Shown piece after piece: positions 57,182-64,000 of a stretch of DNA of 64,000 nt. This stretch comes from an uncultured Pseudomonadota bacterium. GTDB taxonomy: Bacteria > Oederibacteriota > Muellerivitia > Muellerivitales > Muellerivitaceae. The position numbers were made by a program, and so were the translations under genes. The notes under the pieces were generated by a model. It did not search any database, was not told where the DNA came from, and saw nothing but the letters and a program-made list of their open reading frames with translations. Positions within the stretch are counted from its first letter, which is position 1, and every line of letters starts with the position of its first letter. The DNA is taken from assembly GCA_963836235.1 (NCBI GenBank), contig CAWIIP010000004.1, forward strand, positions 352,001 through 416,000, written 5' to 3'.

Positions 57182-58165
57182 TTGGTCCAGGCCGTAAGCC
57201 GCCGGATTACATTGGAAGACCAACAGGAATGCGTGAGACTGTTCGGGGAAAAGGACCTGACCCTGAAGCTTCTCCAGGATTCCTTTACCGTGACCCTGGT
57301 GGCCCGCGGCAACGAGATTATCCTTTCCGGTGAGCCCCTGGAGGTTTCCCGCGCCAGCCAAGTCATCGAAAGATTAAGGCATCATTTGAAACAGGAAAAA
57401 GACGGCTACTTGCCAGCCGGGGCGGTGAGGAAAATGATAGCCGAAACGAAAGGCGACCAGCCGGAACCGGAAGAAGAAGTCCATGAGACCATCCTGGTGT
57501 CCTCCCACAAAAAACCAATCCATGCCCGTTCGGCTAACCAGCAAAAATACGTGGACGCGATCAAGAAAAACGATATCGTGTTCGGGATCGGCCCCGCCGG
57601 CACGGGTAAAACCTACTTGGCCATGGCCATGGCCGTGATGGCTTTGCGGGAAGCGGAGGTGGAAAGGCTGATTCTCACCCGGCCCGCGGTGGAAGCCGGG
57701 GAAAAATTGGGGTTCCTGCCGGGAGACCTGCAGGACAAGGTCGATCCTTATTTGCGCCCACTTTACGACGCCCTTTACGACATGGTGGAATATGACAAAT
57801 TACAGCGGCTTTTTCAGCAGCGAACGGTGGAAGTGGCGCCCCTCGCTTATATGCGGGGCCGCACCCTTTCCAATGCCTTTATTATTCTAGACGAGGCCCA
57901 AAACACCAGCCCGGAACAAATGAAGATGTTCCTGACCCGCATGGGCAATGGGTCCAAGATGGTGGTGACGGGGGATGTCACCCAGATTGACTTGCCCCAG
58001 GGAAAAAGTTCAGGCTTGATTGAAGTTCAAAAGATTCTTTCCAAAGTCAAAGGCGTTGAGTTTATCCAATTCAGCTCCAAGGACGTGGTACGGCACTATT
58101 TGGTACAGCATATTTTGGAAGCCTACCATGTTCACGATCAGGAAAAGAAAGATAAGCGGGTTTGA
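57182..58165 (+). CDS. phoH: PhoH-family ATPase (YbeZ-like)
   Basis: [40 protein letters not shown]. Confidence 0.93.
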   Translation: MVQAVSRRITLEDQQECVRLFGEKDLTLKLLQDSFTVTLVARGNEIILSGEPLEVSRASQVIERLRHHLKQEKDGYLPAGAVRKMIAETKGDQPEPEEEVHETILVSSHKKPIHARSANQQKYVDAIKKNDIVFGIGPAGTGKTYLAMAMAVMALREAEVERLILTRPAVEAGEKLGFLPGDLQDKVDPYLRPLYDALYDMVEYDKLQRLFQQRTVEVAPLAYMRGRTLSNAFIILDEAQNTSPEQMKMFLTRMGNGSKMVVTGDVTQIDLPQGKSSGLIEVQKILSKVKGVEFIQFSSKDVVRHYLVQHILEAYHVHDQEKKDKRV

Positions 58166-58187
58166 TGAAAAACGAGCTTCTGTTTTC

Positions 58188-58643
58188 ATGAAATTTCTGC
58201 TTCGGCAAAAGGGGAATGAAAAGTCACTGTCCCCCGCAAAACTGCGAAGCCTTTCCTCCCTCGTTTTAAAAACCGTGAAGGGTGTGGCTTTTGAAAAGAA
58301 GGCCGAGCTTTCGGTGCTATTGACCGGCGATGCCGAAGTTCAGTCCTTAAACAAGGCCTACCGGAAAAAAGATAAGATCACCGACGTCCTTTCATTTCCG
58401 CTTTTGGAAGGAAAAAAGATGAAGTCGGGCTTGGGCAAGACCATTCCCTTGGGCGATGTGGTTATCAGCCTTCCCCAAGTCCGCCGTCAAGCCGCCGAAC
58501 AAGGCAAGAAATTCGATGAAGAATTGGCCCTTTTGCTGGTGCATGGAATTCTCCACCTTTTGGGCTATGATCATGTGACCAAGGCCCAGGAAAAAAGGAT
58601 GTTCGGTCTTCAAAACCGGCTTGTGAAGAAGTGGAAAGCTTAA
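58188..58643 (+). CDS. ybeY: rRNA maturation RNase YbeY
   Basis: LNKAYR.KD..TDVLSF, LGDVVIS, HGILHLLGYDH. Confidence 0.93.
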   Translation: MKFLLRQKGNEKSLSPAKLRSLSSLVLKTVKGVAFEKKAELSVLLTGDAEVQSLNKAYRKKDKITDVLSFPLLEGKKMKSGLGKTIPLGDVVISLPQVRRQAAEQGKKFDEELALLLVHGILHLLGYDHVTKAQEKRMFGLQNRLVKKWKA

Positions 58644-58650
58644 ACCATTC

Positions 58651-60048
58651 ATGGATACCTATTTTTTATCCCACTTAATTGTTTTAGTTACGATGGTTCT
58701 TGTTTCCATGTTTTTTTCAGCGGTGGAAACGAGCCTGCTTTCCTTTCCCAGGCTTCTGCTTCAGCGCAAGGCGGAGGAACCGGGACTTTTAGGAGCGGCT
58801 TTCAAGGAATGGCATGACCATCCGAACCGCATTTTGACCGCCATCCTCATCGGCAACAATACGGTTAATATCGCCGCCACGACACTGGTGGCTTATATGG
58901 CGATTGAATACGCGGATCTGCATCATTTCAGCCGGGGGGCGGCCGGAACGGTAGCCTCCATCGCCGTGACTTTTGTCCTAGTCGTTTTCGGCGAAGCCAT
59001 CCCCAAAATCACGGGCCGGAGCCATACCACCGCTATGGCCACCTGGCTGATCGTTCCGATTTACCTTTTTGACCGTCTCCTGACCCCTTTGACCTGGGCA
59101 TTCGGCAAATTCGTTACCCTGCTTCTGCCCAGCTTAGGCCAAGCCTCCCTGGTTCAGGTCACGGAAGAAGACGTCAAACAATTAATCGAGATGGGCCAAA
59201 AGGCCGGAACGATCCAGGAAGAAGAACAGAAGATGATCCATTCCATCTTCAAGTTCACCGATACCCAAGTGAAGGATGTGATGATTCCCCGGACGGAAAT
59301 GTTCTGCGTGGATATTGCCACGCCCCTGGAGAAGCTATTGGACCTGGTGGTTCAAAATGGTTATTCCCGGGTGCCGATTTACAAAGGGGTCGTTGATAAT
59401 ATCGTGGGAAGCATCAACACCAGGGACCTGCTCTCCATTTGGAAAAACCATGACCTGATCGTGTTGCAGGACCTGCTTCGAAAGCCTTATTTCGTTCCGG
59501 AGTCCATGAGGGTGGACCGCCTTTTGCGTGAATTCCGGAAGGGGCGGTTTCACATGGCCATCGTAGTGGATGAATATGGTGGCACGGCTGGGCTGGTGAC
59601 TTTGGAAGATTTGGTGGAGGAGATCGTAGGCGAGATTCGGGATGAACACGAAACCGAAGAAGATAAGGCGATCACCCGGCTGGAGGACGGTTCCTGGGTC
59701 ATCGAGGCCGATGTGGCCTTGGACGAGGTGAACGAGGCCTTGGGGCTTCACCTGACCCCCAAGGGAGAAGTGGCCAGTTTGGGTGGCTATTTGATGGAAA
59801 CCTTGGGAAAAATGCCCCGCAAGGGAAGGGTCGTTGAGGACCGGGAAGCGATCTTCAAGATATTGGAAGCCAGCGAAAAAAGCGTCGTGAAGGTCAAAGT
59901 CACCAAGCGGAAGGTGCCTTTGGTATCGGTGGAGGCGGAAGAGGGATCGCCCGCGGCACCCAAACCAAGGCGTAAGAAGATAAAAACTCCTGTGGCTGAA
60001 AGCGCGGCCGCGGAAATGCCGGTGGAAACAAAGGTGGAAAAACATTGA
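58651..60048 (+). CDS. CNNM/CBS/CorC-HlyC domain (hemolysin-family) membrane protein
   Basis: [47 protein letters not shown]. Confidence 0.9.
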   Translation: MDTYFLSHLIVLVTMVLVSMFFSAVETSLLSFPRLLLQRKAEEPGLLGAAFKEWHDHPNRILTAILIGNNTVNIAATTLVAYMAIEYADLHHFSRGAAGTVASIAVTFVLVVFGEAIPKITGRSHTTAMATWLIVPIYLFDRLLTPLTWAFGKFVTLLLPSLGQASLVQVTEEDVKQLIEMGQKAGTIQEEEQKMIHSIFKFTDTQVKDVMIPRTEMFCVDIATPLEKLLDLVVQNGYSRVPIYKGVVDNIVGSINTRDLLSIWKNHDLIVLQDLLRKPYFVPESMRVDRLLREFRKGRFHMAIVVDEYGGTAGLVTLEDLVEEIVGEIRDEHETEEDKAITRLEDGSWVIEADVALDEVNEALGLHLTPKGEVASLGGYLMETLGKMPRKGRVVEDREAIFKILEASEKSVVKVKVTKRKVPLVSVEAEEGSPAAPKPRRKKIKTPVAESAAAEMPVETKVEKH

Positions 60049-60131
60049 TGAGCTATCTGGACTGTCACAATCATACGGCGGAATGGCGGACCGTCAGGTC
60101 GTCATTCAGGTCAATAAAGAGGGAATGTTGA
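60048..60131 (+). pseudogene. Truncated duplicate of the PHP gene 5' end
   Basis: [13 protein letters not shown] then unrelated sequence to a stop; 33/39 nt identical to 60137-60175. Confidence 0.8.
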
Positions 60132-60136
60132 AAGTA

Positions 60137-60901
60137 ATGAATTATTTAGACTGTCATAATCATACGGCTGAATGGTCCGATGGGCGCCAATCCATCGAGC
60201 AAATCCTTCAAAGGGCGAAGGAAGAAGGGGTCCGGGTGGGGCTGTCCGATCACGCGGGTCTGGGGGACTATCTCAATTCCAACGACCGGCTTTTGGCCTA
60301 TTCCGATTTTCTTTCCCAATACCCGGTGGCCCGTGGATTGGAGATGGACTTGGGCCGTAGTTTCACCGTCAGCGACGAGGCCCGGAAAAAATTCGATTAC
60401 ATGATCGGGAGCATCCATGGCATCACCCTGAACGGTCTTCGGATCGGGTTCAGTCCCCTGATCAAGTTCCTCAAAGGCGGGTTGCCGGACTACAATCCCG
60501 GCGCTCAAATCAAGGATTGGGATCTTTTCTTCCGAACCCACCTGGAAGTTTTAAAAAAAGAATTCAGCGATCAAAATTACAGCATTCTGGGCCATTGCAC
60601 CATGCTTCCGCCACTGGCGCTTGGCAAGCCTGAGGAAGTCTTTCCGGAGTGGTGGGAAGAGGATTTGATCAACACCTTGATCATGTATAACGTCGCCATG
60701 GAAATTTCCAACCGCTGGTTGACGCCTTATGACCGTCTCATGAAAAAGGCCGTAGACGCGGGTGTGAAGTTCTCGGTAGGCTCCGACGGACATGAAACCC
60801 TCAAAACCTGTGTTCTGGATTTCCCTAAAAAGATGATTGATCAGTTCGGAGTCAAGCCTGAGCGGATTTTCGATATTCCCCGAAAAATTGAAGCCGCCTA
60901 A
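60137..60901 (+). CDS. PHP-domain phosphoesterase (HisJ/YcdX-like)
   Basis: DCHNHT, SDH, GLE, GSIH, GH, GSDGH metal ligands. Confidence 0.85.
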   Translation: MNYLDCHNHTAEWSDGRQSIEQILQRAKEEGVRVGLSDHAGLGDYLNSNDRLLAYSDFLSQYPVARGLEMDLGRSFTVSDEARKKFDYMIGSIHGITLNGLRIGFSPLIKFLKGGLPDYNPGAQIKDWDLFFRTHLEVLKKEFSDQNYSILGHCTMLPPLALGKPEEVFPEWWEEDLINTLIMYNVAMEISNRWLTPYDRLMKKAVDAGVKFSVGSDGHETLKTCVLDFPKKMIDQFGVKPERIFDIPRKIEAA

Positions 60902-61816
60902 ATGACTTCCGAAAAATTCGTTTGCGGCGCGGTAGCGATCCTGGGCAAGCCTAACGTGGGCAAGTCCACTTTCATGAACAAGGTCCTTAATCAAAAGCTT
61001 GCTATCGTCTCCCCCCGGCCCCAGACCACCCGAGGTTCCATGGCCGGGATTTTTCAGGACGCCGATTCCCAAATCGTTTTTTACGATACTCCCGGAATTC
61101 ATCAGCCCCACAACAAGCTTTCCCAGTACATGCTGCGCGAAGTGGAGGATGTTCTGGAAGGGGCGGACGCGGCCCTGTTTCTCATCGACGCTAAGGAGGG
61201 CTTGGCCGACGAGGATTATTTGGTGGCCCAATGGCTGAAGAAATTCGAGAAGCCCGTCCTGTGCCTGCTCAATAAGATCGACCAAGTGCCCGAGGGCCGG
61301 GTGCAGGAACTCACGGGCAAGATCAAAGCGGATTTGGCGGGAGATTGGCTGCTTTTCCGCATGTCGGCTTTGTCCGGCAAGGGAGTGCCGGAAGTTATCC
61401 GCCAGCTTCAGACATTCCTGCCCCACCAGCCGGCTCTTTTTCCCGAGGAGGATTTAACCAATAAAACCCTTCGGGAACTGTCCGCCGAAATGATCCGGGA
61501 GCAGTGCTTCCTGCAATTGCGGCAGGAACTTCCCTATGGCGTGGCGGTGATGATCGAACAATTTGAAGAAAAGGCGCCGCCAGAGCCCGTTGTGATTAAA
61601 GCGACCATCTATGTTGAGAAGGACAGCCAAAAAGGCATCGTGGTCGGCACCGGTGGAAAACAGCTAAAGGCTTTAGGGACCGCGGCCCGACAGGAGATTG
61701 AAAAGTTGTTGGAGCAAAAGGTTTTCCTGGAGCTTTGGGTGAAGGTCCTCAAAAACTGGCGCAAAGATGAAGAGATCCTAAAAAAATTGGGCTACGCCGT
61801 TGGAAAGAAAAAATGA
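60902..61816 (+). CDS. era: GTPase Era
   Basis: [24 protein letters not shown] domain SQKGIVVG. Confidence 0.95.
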   Translation: MTSEKFVCGAVAILGKPNVGKSTFMNKVLNQKLAIVSPRPQTTRGSMAGIFQDADSQIVFYDTPGIHQPHNKLSQYMLREVEDVLEGADAALFLIDAKEGLADEDYLVAQWLKKFEKPVLCLLNKIDQVPEGRVQELTGKIKADLAGDWLLFRMSALSGKGVPEVIRQLQTFLPHQPALFPEEDLTNKTLRELSAEMIREQCFLQLRQELPYGVAVMIEQFEEKAPPEPVVIKATIYVEKDSQKGIVVGTGGKQLKALGTAARQEIEKLLEQKVFLELWVKVLKNWRKDEEILKKLGYAVGKKK

Positions 61817-62859
61817 AAATAAAACACCCGAAAACAAAAATCGTTTGTACGATCGGCCCGGCTTCCCGTTCCGAGGAGAAGCTCTCCCAGCTCATGCGGG
61901 CGGGCATGGGCATGGCCCGGCTCAACTTTGCCCACGGCACGCTGGCCCAGCACGCTACGGATATTAAACGTATCCGTGACGTGGCGAAGCGGGAGCAAAC
62001 CCAATGCCCCATCCTGATTGATTTACCGGGCCCCAAGATTCGCGTGGGTAAGTTGAAACACGAACCCCTCCATTTGCGCAAAGGCCATGTGGTTTATTTG
62101 ACCAGCCGCAAAATCCTCCGGCTTTTCCATGAAAGCATCCCCGTGGACTATCCCCAGTTGGCCCAAAGCGTTCATAAAGGGTCCCTCATATACCTGAATG
62201 ACGGATTCATTTTATTGAAGGTCGAGGGAGTGAAGACGTCACTGATCAAATGCGAGGTAGTGGTCGGCGGAAGCCTCCTTTCCTACAAGGGGCTGAATAT
62301 TCCGGATGGGAAGCTATTCGTGGAACCAGTCACCGAGGAGGACTTTCGGTACGTGGATTTTGGTTTGGAGCACAAGGTGGATATCTTTGGGGTTTCTTTT
62401 ATGGAACGGGCCGAGGATATTTTGAAAGTGAAGGCTTATGCCAAAAAAAAGGGCCGCAAAATTCACACGGTTGCCAAGATCGAAAGGGCCGAAGCGGTGC
62501 AAAACCTGGATAAAATCCTGAAGGTGACCGACATGGTGATGGTGGCCCGGGGGGATTTGGGCGTGCAAATTCCCTTGGAAGAAGTACCCATCGTTCAAAA
62601 GCGCATCATCCAGAAGGCCCGGCACCGGGGGGTGCCGGTGATCACGGCCACTCAAATGCTGGAATCCATGGTGCATAACGTCCGTCCCACCCGGGCGGAA
62701 GTCAGTGACGTCGCTAACGCCATCTTGGACGGCACCACTGCCGTCATGCTTTCGGAAGAGACGGCCATCGGGGAATATCCGGTGGAGACGGTGGAAATGA
62801 TGGCGAAAATCGCGCGCGCGGTTGAGCATGAATTCTCGAAAAAAGAGGGTATCAAATGA
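61813..62859 (+). CDS. pyk: Pyruvate kinase, short form lacking the C-terminal domain
   Basis: [56 protein letters not shown]. Confidence 0.9.
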   Translation: MKIKHPKTKIVCTIGPASRSEEKLSQLMRAGMGMARLNFAHGTLAQHATDIKRIRDVAKREQTQCPILIDLPGPKIRVGKLKHEPLHLRKGHVVYLTSRKILRLFHESIPVDYPQLAQSVHKGSLIYLNDGFILLKVEGVKTSLIKCEVVVGGSLLSYKGLNIPDGKLFVEPVTEEDFRYVDFGLEHKVDIFGVSFMERAEDILKVKAYAKKKGRKIHTVAKIERAEAVQNLDKILKVTDMVMVARGDLGVQIPLEEVPIVQKRIIQKARHRGVPVITATQMLESMVHNVRPTRAEVSDVANAILDGTTAVMLSEETAIGEYPVETVEMMAKIARAVEHEFSKKEGIK

Positions 62860-63203
62860 AAATAACGGTTTATCAGAAACCCACTTGTACCACCTGCCGG
62901 CAGGTTTATCAGGCGTTGAAGGACAGCGGCGTGGAAATGGAAGCGGTTAATTACTATATCGAACCCTTGTCCGAGGCCAAGTTGAAGGAACTGGTGAAAA
63001 AGATGGGCATCAAAGCTTCGGAATTATTTCGAAAGAAAGAAGAAATCTATAAAGAGTTGAAGCTGTCTGAGAAAGAAATATCGGACGAGGAAGCCGTTAA
63101 GCTGATGGTTCAACATCCGGATTTGATGCAGAGGCCCATCGTGGAAAAGGGAAACCGGGCCATCCTGGCCCGCCCCGCCGAGAGGTTGAAAGAAATCCTC
63201 TAA
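62856..63203 (+). CDS. ArsC/Spx-family thioredoxin-fold protein
   Basis: [21 protein letters not shown]. Confidence 0.85.
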   Translation: MKITVYQKPTCTTCRQVYQALKDSGVEMEAVNYYIEPLSEAKLKELVKKMGIKASELFRKKEEIYKELKLSEKEISDEEAVKLMVQHPDLMQRPIVEKGNRAILARPAERLKEIL

Positions 63204-63215
63204 AAGGCAGGATTT

Positions 63216-64000
63216 TTAAACCTGGGAAACGTCGATATCCGCGCAAAGGATATGGCTTTTGCCTGTTTCGGGATTGGTCAGGGTCCCGGTGAAGGTGATG
63301 CATAAGTTGCCCGAAGCCAGGGATATATAGGGCTCAGTCAAATAGCGGTTAAGGTTGTTGTAAGTCATGCCGCAATAATATTCCTTCAAAGAATGATCCG
63401 TTCCCCGGGGCGCGGGCTGGAAGAGAAACTGCTTTCGGGCCGGTACCTTATTTAGATTGCAAATGCTTTCGCTGATTTGGACCCCATCCTGGTTCAAAAG
63501 GTAGAGGCATTCCAACTGGGGATGTTTGAAGAAGAAATTCCCCAAACTTTTCTCCTGGTCATCCCAGTCCACTTCGTTGAGTTCCTCGAAAATAGAGACG
63601 GCGATCGTCTGGCATCGGTTACGCCGGTCCTTGTCCCGGCTCATGCGCTCCGTCATGGTCCGCCGGTAACGGGAAGCCATGAAGACGATACGGGCCTTCA
63701 ATCCCAAGGTCGCCGAATCATTTTTTTGAGGTTTGGAAAAATAGTTTCCCTGGAGCATGTCGACCCCTAAATCCAGGGCTGCCAAGGCGTCCTCCTCGTT
63801 TTCAATGCCGTCGGCGACCACCAGGGCCCCCAGTTTTTGGGACAAGTTCACCACCGTCCGAATTCCCTCGCGTTTATAGGGGTCGTGGGCCATTCCCTGA
63901 ACCAGGACACTTTCCAACTTGACCACATCGGGATTCAAATGGAGGACTTGGTTTAACTTTTCGCGGCTGTTGTTGATGTCTTCCAAGGCAATTAAAAAAT
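63216..64000 (-). CDS. EAL-domain protein with C-terminal EAL-associated sensory-type domain (degenerate; 5' end outside window)
   Basis: PDVVKL, VVADGIE, LQGNYFSKP; tail RGTDHSLKEYY, TEPYISLASGNLCITF. Confidence 0.78.
   Translation of the reverse strand, partial: FLIALEDINNSREKLNQVLHLNPDVVKLESVLVQGMAHDPYKREGIRTVVNLSQKLGALVVADGIENEEDALAALDLGVDMLQGNYFSKPQKNDSATLGLKARIVFMASRYRRTMTERMSRDKDRRNRCQTIAVSIFEELNEVDWDDQEKSLGNFFFKHPQLECLYLLNQDGVQISESICNLNKVPARKQFLFQPAPRGTDHSLKEYYCGMTYNNLNRYLTEPYISLASGNLCITFTGTLTNPETGKSHILCADIDVSQV

Noticed and set aside
60083-60136. Longer ORF-track starts (60083 for PHP; also 4582, 5505, 11374, 20320, 25336, 29009, 51800, 58020)
   Set aside because: They overlap upstream genes or lack an RBS; downstream starts fit stop-start coupling and family N-termini
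1-64000. Transposase, integrase, prophage or defence-system genes
   Set aside because: No ORF with DDE, tyrosine/serine recombinase, phage structural or nuclease motifs was recognised

Overview
Chromosomal window from a diderm bacterium (host-like genes roughly 50-55% GC by eye; lineage cannot be fixed from sequence alone). About 1-42 kb is a very large surface-polysaccharide/glycosylation region: wecB-wecC, a bi-domain oxidoreductase, an AsnB-type amidotransferase, flippase, heparinase II/III-like protein, many GT4/GT2 enzymes, an O-antigen ligase/polymerase-like gene, a WcaJ-type priming transferase, epimerase, ManC- and ManB-like genes. Nested in it are (i) a split-transketolase / epimerase-GT2 fusion / four methyltransferases / GT-C-like membrane protein module, (ii) an AT-rich cassette encoding an NHL-repeat lipoprotein with a T9SS-like C-terminal domain, a PorV-like barrel and a frameshifted TPR protein, and (iii) an AT-rich orphan directly behind a tRNA-Asn-like 3' fragment. 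About 42-64 kb is mostly housekeeping: a GT2 + BshC-like pair, dut, GH5, an LpoA-like lipoprotein, a mosaic hisS, aspS, GH36, LysM, phoH-ybeY-CNNM/CBS-PHP-era, a short pyk, an ArsC-family gene and a partial degenerate EAL gene. Small-scale structure includes two related inverted heptamer-repeat elements, an in-frame palindromic insertion in asnB and a recoded duplicate of the PHP gene start. No complete tRNA, rRNA, CRISPR array, transposase or integrase was seen. All family calls come from motif recognition, not database searches.
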